A DNA stretch of 64,000 nucleotides, from contig CAWBDY010000005.1 of assembly GCA_963787655.1 (NCBI GenBank), positions 505,495 to 569,494 of the forward strand, given 5' to 3'. The notes below the pieces were generated by a model, which saw only the letters and a program-made list of their open reading frames with translations, was not told the DNA's origin and ran no database searches. The position numbers and the translations under genes were made by a program. Below are positions 21,457-30,911 of the stretch, piece by piece. The number at the start of each line of letters is the position of its first letter. Position 1 is the first letter of the stretch. Source of the DNA: an uncultured Gammaproteobacteria bacterium (lineage in GTDB: Bacteria; Pseudomonadota; Gammaproteobacteria; Steroidobacterales; Steroidobacteraceae).

Positions 21457-21912
21457 GGATGTTCCCCTGAAGTTAGAAGTTGGTTTAAAGCCGACACAAC
21501 GTGGCGCCAAGTTAGTGGCTAGCCCCCGACTGCCACCACCGGCATTGCCCCCGATACACGGTAAGTTAAGTCCTACGTTGCACGCGGCGCGCTTCTAACA
21601 TCGGGGCAACCGGCAGTGCATGGCGTCCAAACTGTGCGGTCGCCGCGCACGCTGGTGGGGCGGGCAACGGCACCTGCGCGGCTCTCAGGAATGCCGCTCG
21701 GGCAGCTGCCGGCGAGCTGCCGCCCCGGTGCACGCCCGCTTGGACCGGCGCGACTTGCGCTCCCACGGCCGCAACTGTCAAGCTCCTGTCGCCGGATCGC
21801 CTGTCGGAACCTTCCGACATGCAATTCAGATTTGCCGCAGGAGTAACACTGGCAAGCTGCGCCGTTGTGACCGGCGGCGGTTTTTACAATAACAGCGGCT
21901 CTAGGTGCCTCG

Positions 21913-23544
21913 ATGTGCTCAAGCCTGCGGCAGCTGGCCATGATTGCTGGCCTGCTGCTGGCCCCCAGTATTCTGCCCGGCTGGGCGCAGACGCCCGCCC
22001 CGGCTGCCCCGCCCGCCGTGCGCGCGCCGTCCAGCGGCAGCGCCCGGCTGCGTCCGCGCCTGCGCACGGCGGACCCGGCGGAGGTTCCCCGGCCGTTCGG
22101 TTTCGCCAATGTGCGACAGTTGGCGCAGCAGCGCGCCGCTCACGAATATCGCCCGATGTCCGATGCCTTGCCGGCGAGCCTGGCAAACCTCAGTTACGAC
22201 GAGTACCGCGATATCCGCTTCCGGCCCGCGAGTGCCCTGTGGCACGGGCAGGCGCTGTTCGAGGTGCAGTTCTTCCACCGCGGCTACCACACCCGCCAGC
22301 ACGTGAACATCTTCGAGGTCGGGGCGAGCGGGGTGACCGCGGTGCCCTACGATCCGCGCTTCTTCACGTTCGGACGGCTGCTGAAGATTCCCAAGGCGCC
22401 CGTCACGCTCGGCTACGCCGGGTTTCGGGTGCACTATCCATTGCAGACGCCCTTCTACAAGGACGAGCTGTTGGTGTTTCTCGGCGCCTCGTATTTTCGC
22501 GTGCTGGGGCGCAACCAGCATTACGGCGCCTCGGCACGGGCGCTGGCGGTCGACACGGCAGAGCAGAGCGGCGAGGAATTCCCGACATTCACCGACTTCT
22601 GGCTGGTGCGTCCGCAGCCCGGCGATCGCACTCTGACCATCTACGCACTGCTCGACAGCAAGAGCGTGTCCGGTGCGTACCAGTTCGAAGTGCGCCCGGG
22701 TGCGATCACCGCCCTCGAAGTGCACTGCGAACTGTTCTTGCGTCATCCCGTCACCAAACTGGGTATAGCCCCGCTCACGTCGATGTATTTCTACGGGGAG
22801 GACGGGGGTGCGCGCCGCGGCGATGACTACCGTCCGCAGGTGCACGACAGCGACGGGCTCATGCTGCAGGGCGGCCAGGGCCAGTGGATCTGGCGTCCGC
22901 TTGCCAATCCGCGCGAATTGCGCGTGAATCGTTTCGCGGACGAGAACCCGCGCGGCTTCGGGCTGGTCCAACGCGAGCGCGATTTCGTCCATTATCAGGA
23001 CACCGAGTCGCAGTACGAGTCGCGGCCCAGCTACTGGGTAACTCCGCTCGGCAGCTGGGGCAAGGGCGGTGTCGAGCTGGTCGAGATCCCGAGCGATGAG
23101 GAGATCCACGACAATATGGTCGCGTATTGGCTTGCAGCGCAGCCGCCGAAGGTGGGTAAACCGCTGTCGTACGGCTATACGCTGTGGGCCTACGCGCAGA
23201 ACCCGCAGTGGCCGCCCGGCGGTCGCGTGATCGCATCGCGCAGCGGCAACCCGGCGATGGGCGACAATCACGGGCACTATGGTCCCGGCGCGCGCCGGGT
23301 GCTGATCGACTTCGCGGGCGGCGACCTCGATGGGCTCAACGGCACGCAGCAGGTCAAGGCGCAGATCACCGCCGAGAACGCCCAGATCGAGGCGCTCAGT
23401 GTGCAGCGCATTCCGGAGAACGGCGCCTGGCGCGTGACGTTCGTCATGACGCCACGCGCCAAGCGGCCCGTCGACATGCGCTGCTTTCTCACCCTCTTTG
23501 GTGAAGTAATGACTGAGACGTGGGTGGAACAATGGATACCGTGA
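21913..23544 (+). CDS. opgG: Periplasmic glucan biosynthesis protein OpgG (MdoG)
   Basis: Signal peptide, then the family pattern LSYDEYRDIRF, GASYFRVLG, FPTFTDFWL, SGAYQFEV. Confidence 0.88.
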   Translation: MCSSLRQLAMIAGLLLAPSILPGWAQTPAPAAPPAVRAPSSGSARLRPRLRTADPAEVPRPFGFANVRQLAQQRAAHEYRPMSDALPASLANLSYDEYRDIRFRPASALWHGQALFEVQFFHRGYHTRQHVNIFEVGASGVTAVPYDPRFFTFGRLLKIPKAPVTLGYAGFRVHYPLQTPFYKDELLVFLGASYFRVLGRNQHYGASARALAVDTAEQSGEEFPTFTDFWLVRPQPGDRTLTIYALLDSKSVSGAYQFEVRPGAITALEVHCELFLRHPVTKLGIAPLTSMYFYGEDGGARRGDDYRPQVHDSDGLMLQGGQGQWIWRPLANPRELRVNRFADENPRGFGLVQRERDFVHYQDTESQYESRPSYWVTPLGSWGKGGVELVEIPSDEEIHDNMVAYWLAAQPPKVGKPLSYGYTLWAYAQNPQWPPGGRVIASRSGNPAMGDNHGHYGPGARRVLIDFAGGDLDGLNGTQQVKAQITAENAQIEALSVQRIPENGAWRVTFVMTPRAKRPVDMRCFLTLFGEVMTETWVEQWIP

Positions 23545-25502
23545 GCGGCGAGGGCGCGCGGGCCGGTCTGCCGCGCTGGCGCCTGTTGGTGCGGCGAACA
23601 CTGTTTTTCAGTCTCACCGCCGCGAGCGCCTGCGGTGCCAGCGCGCTGCTCCTGGACGTGCTGATGGCCAATGGCGTCACCGCGCTCGAGCTGCTGGGAC
23701 TGCTGCTGTTCTTCGGGCTGTTTTTCTGGATTTCGGGCGCCCTATGGACCGCGATTGCCGGTTTTGCGATCCAGCTGATAGGTCGCGACCGCGGCAACAT
23801 CGACTGGCATGCCGTGGCCGGGCGCGCGCTGACGACGCGCACCGCCGTCGTGATGCCCATCTATAACGAGGACACGCAGCGGGTCGAGGCAGGCCTCGGC
23901 GCCATCTGGCAGTCGCTGGCGCAGCAGTCCGAGCAGCACGCCTTCGACCTTTTCATCCTCTCCGATAGCGGCGCCGGGGAGATCGCCGTGCAGGAGGAGG
24001 CGATGTGGCAGCGGTTCGTTGCCCGTCACGGCGCCGCCGGGCGCGTGTTTTACCGTCGCCGCCTCGAGCGCGGTGGCCGCAAGGCCGGCAACATCGCCGA
24101 CTTCGTCACGCGCTGGGGCGGCAACTACGAATGCATGATCGTACTGGACGCCGACAGCGTCATGAGCGGGGAGGCCCTGGTGACGCTCGCGCGCGTCATG
24201 GAGGCGCAGCCGCGCGTCGGCATCCTGCAGACGCTGCCGATACCGGTCGGACGGGAGACGCTGTTTGCGCGCCTCATCCAGTTCGGCGCACGCCTGCAGA
24301 GCCCGATGCTCAGCGCCGGGCTCGCCTACTGGCAACTGGGTGAAAGCAACTACTGGGGCCACAACGCTATCATTCGGATCGCGCCGTTCGCGCGCTACTG
24401 CGAGCTGCCGCGCTTGTCGGGGGGGCCGCCGCTCGGCGGTGAGATCCTCAGCCACGACTTTGTCGAGGCGGCACTGATGCGCCGTGCCGGCTTCGAGGTG
24501 CGCCAGGTGCCCGCTCTGAGCGGCAGCTGGGAAGAGGTGCCGGCGAATGTCCTCGACTATGCGGCACGCGACCGCCGCTGGACGCAGGGCAACCTGCAGC
24601 ACTCACGCCTGCTGGGTTTTCCCGGGCTGCACCCGCTCAGCCGCATACATATGCTGACCGGCATCGTGTCGTACGCGAGTTCCCCCATGTGGCTCGGGCT
24701 GCTGCTGATCAGTTCGGTTTTGAGCGCGATCGAAGCGGGGCGGCAGGTCCAGTACTTCCTGCCCGGGCTGCATACCCTGCCGCAATGGCCACAGATTCGC
24801 GCCGGCGAGATAGGCGTACTGTTCGAGCTGACGCTGGTGGTGCTGTTGCTGCCGAAGGTGCTGGGCGCCATCCTGGCGATCCGCGATCGCAGCACGCTCA
24901 AGCAGTATGGCGGGGCCGGCCGCCTGTTCGCAGGACTTGTGGTCGAGCAGCTGTTCAGCGTGCTGCTCGCGCCTTCCATGATGCTGTTTCATTCGACCTT
25001 TGTGGCACAGACGCTGCTCGGCCGCTCGGTGTCCTGGAACGCGCAGGTGCGCACTGACCGCGGCGTGACCCTGGGCGAGGCGTTCCAGCGCCAGAAATGG
25101 CATCTGGCCTTCGGCATCGCCTGGGGCGTCAGCATGTGGTGGCTGGCGCCGCAGTTTTTCTGGTGGCTGACGCCGGTGTTGCTGGGGCTGATCTGCAGTG
25201 TACCGCTCACCTCCTGGACCAGCCGCAGCAGCGCGGGCGTGGCGGCGCGGCGCCACGGACTGCTGCTCACTCCGGAAGAGACCGCCCCGCCACCGGAGCT
25301 GCGGGCGCTGAGCGATGCACTGAACGCGCCGCCCGAGACGCCAGGGGCGCCCGCCCCGGCAGCGCCCCCGACGCCCGAGCCCGTGGTCATAATTGGCACG
25401 ACACCCGAGAGTAAGGAGAAGGAAAATGTTGCGGAAGCCTGGATACCTGATCACCCCGTTGCTGTTGTTGGCAGTCGCCGCGGCGTGGGCGGGTCCCTAT
25501 AG
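23532..25502 (+). CDS. opgH: Glucans biosynthesis glucosyltransferase OpgH (MdoH); 3' end uncertain
   Basis: ATG overlaps the opgG stop. GT2 motifs seen: MPIYNED, FILSDS, RKAGNIADF, VLDADS, RDRRWTQGNLQH. The ORF tail (Pro/Ala-rich) overlaps the RBS and start of the next gene by 77 nt. Confidence 0.88.
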   Translation: MDTVSGEGARAGLPRWRLLVRRTLFFSLTAASACGASALLLDVLMANGVTALELLGLLLFFGLFFWISGALWTAIAGFAIQLIGRDRGNIDWHAVAGRALTTRTAVVMPIYNEDTQRVEAGLGAIWQSLAQQSEQHAFDLFILSDSGAGEIAVQEEAMWQRFVARHGAAGRVFYRRRLERGGRKAGNIADFVTRWGGNYECMIVLDADSVMSGEALVTLARVMEAQPRVGILQTLPIPVGRETLFARLIQFGARLQSPMLSAGLAYWQLGESNYWGHNAIIRIAPFARYCELPRLSGGPPLGGEILSHDFVEAALMRRAGFEVRQVPALSGSWEEVPANVLDYAARDRRWTQGNLQHSRLLGFPGLHPLSRIHMLTGIVSYASSPMWLGLLLISSVLSAIEAGRQVQYFLPGLHTLPQWPQIRAGEIGVLFELTLVVLLLPKVLGAILAIRDRSTLKQYGGAGRLFAGLVVEQLFSVLLAPSMMLFHSTFVAQTLLGRSVSWNAQVRTDRGVTLGEAFQRQKWHLAFGIAWGVSMWWLAPQFFWWLTPVLLGLICSVPLTSWTSRSSAGVAARRHGLLLTPEETAPPPELRALSDALNAPPETPGAPAPAAPPTPEPVVIIGTTPESKEKENVAEAWIPDHPVAVVGSRRGVGGSL

Positions 25503-25998
25503 CGATACGATCGCCCTGTTCAAGAATGCCGGTCAGAGCGCGGCCTTTTTCGACAACTCCTATGGCTACGCGGTCTTTCCGACCATTGGCAAGGGCGGCT
25601 TAATCGTCGGCGGTGCGCACGGCAGCGGGCACGTGTACGCGCACGGCAAGTACGTGGGCAATACCTCCGTCACCCAGGTGAGCGTCGGCTTCCAGGCCGG
25701 TGGTCAGGCCTACAGCCAGATCGTGTTCTTCGAGGACCAGCGCGCCTTCGATGAATTCACCAAGGGTAATTTCGAGTTCGGCGCCGACGCCAGCGCCGTC
25801 GCCATCACCGCCGCGGCCGGCGCCGGTGTGGGCACCACCGGTGCCAGCGCAGATGCCAGCGGCGGTAAGAAGGACGCGACCACCGCCGGCAAGTACTACA
25901 AGGGCGTGGCGGTGTTCACCATCGTCAAAGGCGGCGCCATGTATCAGGCCACCGTCGCCGGCCAGAAATTCAGCTATACGCCCAAGGGACAAGAATGA
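25426..25998 (+). CDS. SYLF (DUF500) lipid-binding domain protein, secreted
   Basis: Strong RBS TAAGGAGAAGG and a signal peptide. Pattern seen: YGYAVFPTIGKGGLIVGGAHGSGHVY...VGFQAGGQAYSQIVFF. Confidence 0.75.
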   Translation: MLRKPGYLITPLLLLAVAAAWAGPYSDTIALFKNAGQSAAFFDNSYGYAVFPTIGKGGLIVGGAHGSGHVYAHGKYVGNTSVTQVSVGFQAGGQAYSQIVFFEDQRAFDEFTKGNFEFGADASAVAITAAAGAGVGTTGASADASGGKKDATTAGKYYKGVAVFTIVKGGAMYQATVAGQKFSYTPKGQE

Positions 25999-26005
25999 GC
26001 GGTGC

Positions 26006-26041
26006 GGAATCGGGCTAGGCCTGCAGACGTAGCCCGATTCC
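26006..26041 (+). terminator. Hairpin (12-bp perfect stem, 12-nt loop) after the SYLF gene
   Basis: GGAATCGGGCTA-ggcctgcagacg-TAGCCCGATTCC, read directly. No U-tract follows. Confidence 0.45.
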
Positions 26042-26143
26042 TACACGCGCTTCAGTCGCCGTCCAGATCCCCACCTGTGCGGCGGGGTCCACAGTGACGC
26101 CCCGGGAGCTAGCATCAAACAACCAAGCTCCGAGCGAGGACCC

Positions 26144-26305
26144 ATGCTTCACTACGCAGTCGTTTTCTTCATCATCGCGATCATCGCGGCCGTACTGGGC
26201 TTCGGCGGCCTCGCCGCTGGCGCAGCCGGCATCGCGAAGATCCTGTTCATCGTGTTTCTGATCGGCGCCATCGTGACGTTCCTGGCCGGCCGCAGCCGCG
26301 TCTAG
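26144..26305 (+). CDS. DUF1328 (UPF0391/YtjA-like) small membrane protein
   Basis: My own translation: [61 protein letters not shown]. This is the typical family pattern. Confidence 0.8.
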   Translation: MLHYAVVFFIIAIIAAVLGFGGLAAGAAGIAKILFIVFLIGAIVTFLAGRSRV

Positions 26306-26331
26306 CGACGTTTCTTTCCGGACGAGACAAC

Positions 26332-26523
26332 ATGAGCACTCCGTTCAACGATCAGTGGGTCCTCGAGCGGCGGCAGGTCGCCGAGTCCCGGGAAGCTGCA
26401 CCGCCGGAGGACGCGCAGGTGGCAGCACAGCGTACGCAGCACAGTAAAGCCTGGCGTCGTGAGCGCACGCCGGGCGTCTTCTTTGGCCCGCGCCGCCTGC
26501 GCTGGATTGACCGGGACACTTAG
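26332..26523 (+). CDS. Hypothetical small basic protein (63 aa)
   Basis: ORF-track entry only. Third-position GC is moderately high, the RBS is weak, and I recognised no family. Confidence 0.3.
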   Translation: MSTPFNDQWVLERRQVAESREAAPPEDAQVAAQRTQHSKAWRRERTPGVFFGPRRLRWIDRDT

Positions 26524-27713
26524 GTCGCGCGGCGCGCGAGTAGCCGGAAGACCAAGGGATTGACGACGATCGAGAGGATCGCGCCCGCGACGATGTAGCT
26601 CTGCCCCTGCGGGGGCAGAAGCTGCATGCTGACGCCCATGACGGCGAGGATGAAGGAAAACTCGCCGATCTGGGCGAGCGCTGCAGCAACGGTCAGCGCC
26701 GTGCGCAGCGGGCGCCGCAGCAGCCGCACGATCGCGAGCGCTGCCAGCGATTTTCCCACCACGATGATGGCGAATACCTCCAGCACCTGCAGCGGGTGCT
26801 GCACCAATACCAGCGGCTCGAACAGCATGCCGACGGCGACGAAGAACAGCGCCGCGAATACGTCCTGCAGCGGCTGCAGGTAGGTGGCGGCGCGGTGGCT
26901 GTGATCAGAGCCGTTGATCACCATGCCGGCGAAGAACGCGCCGAGCGCGAGCGACACGTCGAACAGGTGCGCCGCGCCGTAGGCGACGCCCAGGGCGAGC
27001 GCTATCGCGGCCAGAGTGAACAGTTCGCGCGAGTTGGTCAGCGCGACCCGCTCAAGGATCCAGGGAAAGACGCGCGAGCCGACGACCAGCATCAGCGCCA
27101 CGAACAGGGCCACCTTGCCGAGGGTCAGTGCCAGCGTCAGGCCCAGGTTGCCGGGCTCGAGCCCCGGCCCGGCCGGCATCTGCCCGCCCAGCACTCCCGC
27201 CAGTGCCGGCAACAGCACCAGGGCGAGCACGGTCACAAGGTCCTCGACCACCAGCCAGCCGACGGCGATGCGCCCGTCTTCGGACTCGAGGGTGCCCTGC
27301 TGTTCGAGGGCGCGCAGCAGCACCACCGTGCTGGCCACGGACAATGCCAGGCCAAACACCAGTCCTGCGCCCCACGGCCAGCCCCACAGGTGCGCGACCA
27401 GCGCGCCGAGCGCGGTGGCAGCGGCGATCTGCCCGAGCGCCCCCGGTATGGCGATGCCCTTGACCGCCAGCAGGTCGCGCAGCGAGAAATGCGTGCCCAC
27501 GCCGAACATCAAGAGCATCACGCCCACTTCCGCCAGCTGCGGCGCGAGGTGCGCATCCGCCACGAAGCCCGGTGTGTGCGGACCGAGCACGATGCCGGCG
27601 GCCATGTAGCCGACCAGCGGCGGCAGGCGCAGGCGGGCCGCCAACATGCCACACACGAAGGCCAGCCCGAGGCCTACGGCTAAAGTCGCGATGAGGGTTT
27701 CTTCGTGCGACAT
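26520..27713 (-). CDS. CPA2-family cation:proton antiporter (Kef/YbaL-like membrane domain)
   Basis: Start MSHEETLIATLAVGLGLAFVCG. Motifs seen: GYMAAGIVLGPHTPG and AQIGEFSFIL. About 397 aa. Confidence 0.85.
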   Translation of the reverse strand: MSHEETLIATLAVGLGLAFVCGMLAARLRLPPLVGYMAAGIVLGPHTPGFVADAHLAPQLAEVGVMLLMFGVGTHFSLRDLLAVKGIAIPGALGQIAAATALGALVAHLWGWPWGAGLVFGLALSVASTVVLLRALEQQGTLESEDGRIAVGWLVVEDLVTVLALVLLPALAGVLGGQMPAGPGLEPGNLGLTLALTLGKVALFVALMLVVGSRVFPWILERVALTNSRELFTLAAIALALGVAYGAAHLFDVSLALGAFFAGMVINGSDHSHRAATYLQPLQDVFAALFFVAVGMLFEPLVLVQHPLQVLEVFAIIVVGKSLAALAIVRLLRRPLRTALTVAAALAQIGEFSFILAVMGVSMQLLPPQGQSYIVAGAILSIVVNPLVFRLLARRAT

Positions 27714-27795
27714 GCGCCGGGATTTTACCCGTGTATGCGGCCCGCGCTGGCGCCTTGGTAACATGGGGCGGGGTAAACCCGGGGGAGAGTGACTG

Positions 27796-28623
27796 ATGAA
27801 CGAGCAGGCCGCGACCATCAATCACGCCAAGGACACACTGATCGACCTTGCGATCCGTTTCGGTCCGCGGCTCTTGACCGCCATTTTGATCCTGATCGTC
27901 GGCCTCATGATCAGCCGCTGGGTCAGCGGCTGGCTCGGGCGCGTGCTCAATCGGCGCGACCTGGAGCCCCCGATCCGGCTGCTGCTGACGCGGCTCGTGT
28001 GGGCGGCCTGCATCGTCATGTTCCTGATCATGGCGCTGCAGAACCTGGGCGTGGAGCTGCTGCCGCTCATCGCCGGTCTCGGTGTCGCCGGCGCCGGCGT
28101 GGCGCTGGCAACCCAGGGAGTGCTGAGCAACGTGGTGGCGGGCCTCTCGATCATCTTCGCCAAGCCCTTTCGCGTCGGCGAATACATCGCGATCGCCGGC
28201 GTGGAGGGTGTGGTCGAGAGCATCACGCTGTTCAGCACCACGCTCACGCACGTGGACCGCTCGCACGTGGTGGTGCCCAATCGCAAGGTCGTCGGCGAGA
28301 TCCTGCACAACTACGGACACATCCGCCAGGCGGACATCACCGTAGGTGTTGCCTACGACACCAACCTCGGTACCGCCTTCGCCCTGATCCGCGAGGTACT
28401 GGCGGCCAACGCGCGGGTGCTGAAGGACCCGGAAGCGATCGTGCAGGCGATTCAGCTGGGGGAGTCGGCGGTCGGTATCGCCGTGCGGCCGTGGGTGCTG
28501 GTGCCGGATCTGACCGCCGCCACCGGTGAGATCAACGCTGCGGTACTGGCGGCCTTCACCACCGGCGGCATCATCATGCCGGCCCCGCAGCGCGTGGTGC
28601 GGCTGATCAACACCGGTACCTGA
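27796..28623 (+). CDS. Small-conductance mechanosensitive channel (MscS family)
   Basis: Three N-terminal TM helices followed by GVAGAGVALATQGVLSNVVAGLSIIFAKPFRVGEYI and a beta domain. Confidence 0.88.
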   Translation: MNEQAATINHAKDTLIDLAIRFGPRLLTAILILIVGLMISRWVSGWLGRVLNRRDLEPPIRLLLTRLVWAACIVMFLIMALQNLGVELLPLIAGLGVAGAGVALATQGVLSNVVAGLSIIFAKPFRVGEYIAIAGVEGVVESITLFSTTLTHVDRSHVVVPNRKVVGEILHNYGHIRQADITVGVAYDTNLGTAFALIREVLAANARVLKDPEAIVQAIQLGESAVGIAVRPWVLVPDLTAATGEINAAVLAAFTTGGIIMPAPQRVVRLINTGT

Positions 28624-28633
28624 GGGGGCGCCG

Positions 28634-29014
28634 ATGGGCAAGCCGGTTGTCTCCTGGAGCCATAAGCCGGCCGGCAAGGACTTCGACGCCGCGCACAGCT
28701 ATCTCACGCTGGTCTACCCCAACGCCCAGGCGCGCCGGCTGGTGCAGGCGCTGCGCCGCGCCAGGCCCGTAAGCTTCGCCGCCAAGGACCTGTTGCGCGC
28801 CAGCCGCTTGCCGCTCCTGCCACGCGATGAGGCGCACGTGGCAGCCGATCTGAAGCGCATTCACAAGGGCAAGTCGCTGTCGCCGGTGCTGCTGGTGCAG
28901 GGTGACTCGTCACGCACCATCGCGCTCATCGTCGCTGACGGTTATCACCGCATCTGCGCGATCTGCTACTTCGATGAGGACGCCCCCATCGTGTGCCGCC
29001 TGGTTGCGCAGTGA
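28634..29014 (+). CDS. Hypothetical protein with a possible ParB/sulfiredoxin-like fold
   Basis: 126 aa, starting 10 nt after the mscS stop. The C-terminal segment SPVLLVQGD...LIVADGYHRICAI resembles the ParB/Srx DGHHR core. The assignment is by eye only. Confidence 0.5.
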   Translation: MGKPVVSWSHKPAGKDFDAAHSYLTLVYPNAQARRLVQALRRARPVSFAAKDLLRASRLPLLPRDEAHVAADLKRIHKGKSLSPVLLVQGDSSRTIALIVADGYHRICAICYFDEDAPIVCRLVAQ

Positions 29015-29048
29015 GTCCTGCGGCGTGCGGCGGCCGCTGAGCGCGGCC

Positions 29049-29224
29049 ATGTCCACCACCGAGATCTTCCTCATCGCGATGGGCATCATCTACACGGTGC
29101 CGTATCTCATCTGGCGCCTGCTGCGCACCGACTACTACGCGCCGTGGTGAGCACCATGCTCACGGTGCCGGTCGTGGCGCCGCGCCTGAAGCAGGCGCAG
29201 GAGCTGATCGGCAGGGCGGCGTGA
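29049..29224 (+). pseudogene. Remnant of a cation:proton antiporter gene (N-terminal about 33 codons joined to C-terminal about 25 codons)
   Basis: MSTTEIFLIAMGIIYTVPYLIWRLLRTDYYAPW-stop reads like the first TM helix of a CPA2 antiporter. Shifted by one frame, it continues VVSTMLTVPVVAPRLKQAQELIGRAA-stop, which is C-terminus-like. The roughly 1 kb core that should lie between the two pieces is absent. Confidence 0.4.
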
Positions 29225-29355
29225 AAGCGGCGGCCGCAAGCGCGAGGAGACACGTGCATACGGATGCGGCGGTTACGCCGTCGATTTGCCTTGCCGACCG
29301 AGGTCCTGCGGGCGGGGATTCACGGCGCTGCCCGCCTTAGCAACACCAAGCTGCC

Positions 29356-29935
29356 TCAGGGCGGGGAAGAGGGCACTGTGAACGGAGTGGCATCGGCTGC
29401 GCACGGATGGTTTGGCCGGGTCGTGTCGCATACGGTGACGGTGCCGAGGAACTCCATGGCGACAGCCAGTTGCTCGGGTTGGGGGACGGAACGAAATGCG
29501 CGCTGCACCGAGTACAGGCGTTCATTGCCGAGAATGACGCGAAGCGCGGTCGTCTCGGGCTTGCCCGTCTGGGCGTTGTGCGGGCAGGACAATAGCAGCA
29601 TCGATACGGGATAGCCGTTCGTTTGGCCGGAGAACATGCTCGGCTTGGGTGTCTCCGGGCACGCTTTCATCCAACGGGCGGCGATTCCCTGCAGAAACTC
29701 GGACTGCGTGACGGAGGGCGCGACGGTGTAGATCTGCACCGTGATCATCTGCGACCAGTCCTCGACGGACTCCGCGGACGGGATCCATTCGTACCAGGTG
29801 CCTTTCTGCCATCCGAGCCTGAAGTCCTGCGGCATCCGCAGAACCAAGCACTTCGCTCTGCGCTGCGGACGCAGCTGCGACGCCGAGGAGCGCCAGGACG
29901 AGCAGCATCAAGGTGATTGGACGACTCACACTCAC
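29356..29935 (-). pseudogene. Secreted hypothetical protein, frameshift between signal peptide and mature part (near 29845)
   Basis: The signal peptide MSVSRPITLMLLVLALLGVAAASAAQSEVL lies in ORF 29522..29935. The body VLRMPQDFRLGWQKGTWYEWIP... lies in ORF 29356..29847. The junction reads CTT-G-GTT. The region is visibly less GC-rich than its flanks. Confidence 0.55.
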
Positions 29936-29956
29936 GGTCGCACCTGATGAGGTGCC

Positions 29957-30361
29957 CTAAGGGCGGGCGGCCGCTTCGATGAGCGCACTGGCGGCGGCAA
30001 GGTTGGCCAGCAGCGTGTCTGGGACGCCGTGGCGGCGCAGCACGTAGGCCGGGTCGTTGTACGCAATCGTCACGGCCCCGCCGGCATCCTCAAAGACCAG
30101 CGCCTTGAGCGGCAGGTCGAGTCCGACGGCAGGAACGGCCACCATCAGGGGTGTACCGGCCTTGGGATTGCCGAAGATGAGCAGCTGCTGCGGGCGCATG
30201 GTGAGGCCGGCGCGTGCCGCATCGCCACTGAAATCGATGCGAGCGAACACCATGACCCCGCGCGCCTTGAGCAATGCCTCCAGCCGCTCGATCGTGGCGG
30301 CCACGCTGTGCGCCGAGCGCAGGCGGATGATGCCGGCATCGGCCGCAAGTGATTCGCTCAT
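29957..30361 (-). CDS. DUF302 domain protein
   Basis: Start MSESL. Pattern seen: VFARIDFSGDAARAGLTMRPQQLLIFGNPKAGTPLM...LPLKALVFED. Confidence 0.8.
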   Translation of the reverse strand: MSESLAADAGIIRLRSAHSVAATIERLEALLKARGVMVFARIDFSGDAARAGLTMRPQQLLIFGNPKAGTPLMVAVPAVGLDLPLKALVFEDAGGAVTIAYNDPAYVLRRHGVPDTLLANLAAASALIEAAARP

Positions 30362-30501
30362 GGTCCGCCGAGTATGACGCGGCGCGGTCGCCTGTTGCCA
30401 GCGGTCCTGCCGGCGGGCGTCAGGGGCGGCAGTAGTGCGGTGCTCCCGTGCGCGTGGGTATGATGACGCTGGCGGCCGCCCGCGCGCCACGGAGACCCGT
30501 A

Positions 30502-30888
30502 ATGATTGGAGGCTACAGCGACCATGCTGCCAACGAGCGCACTTTTCTGGCGTGGGTACGCACCGGCATCGCCGTGATCGCCTTTGGCTTCGTCATCGAG
30601 AAGTTCAACCTGTTCATGCTCACGATCGCGAACGCCGCCCTCAGCAGCGAGTTTCAGCGCTCGCAGCTGTTGGCGGCCTCCGGGCGCGTTGGCCGCTACG
30701 ACGGGCTGGTGCTGATCTTCGGCGGCATCGGCCTCATCGTGCTCGCCACCGCGCGCTTCGTACGCACCAGCCGCCTGCTGGATGACACGCAGATGCACAC
30801 TGCCAGCAGCGTACGCACCGAGCTCATCATGTCGGCCGCGCTGGTGCTCCTGCTCACGAGTTACAGCATCTACCTGGCCTTCGGCTAG
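30502..30888 (+). CDS. DUF202 (YidH-like) membrane protein
   Basis: ATG is preceded by GGAGA. Motif ANERTFLAWVRTGIAVIAFGF and three TM helices. Confidence 0.8.
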   Translation: MIGGYSDHAANERTFLAWVRTGIAVIAFGFVIEKFNLFMLTIANAALSSEFQRSQLLAASGRVGRYDGLVLIFGGIGLIVLATARFVRTSRLLDDTQMHTASSVRTELIMSAALVLLLTSYSIYLAFG

Positions 30889-30911
30889 GCGACGCGGCGG
30901 GGGAGCCGGCC

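Noticed and set aside
21457-21912. 456-bp gene-free region upstream of opgG, considered as a possible sRNA or ECF promoter (a GGAAC element near 21800).
   Set aside because: There is no convincing paired -35/-10, terminator or conserved structure visible by eye. I left it as unassigned intergenic/promoter DNA.
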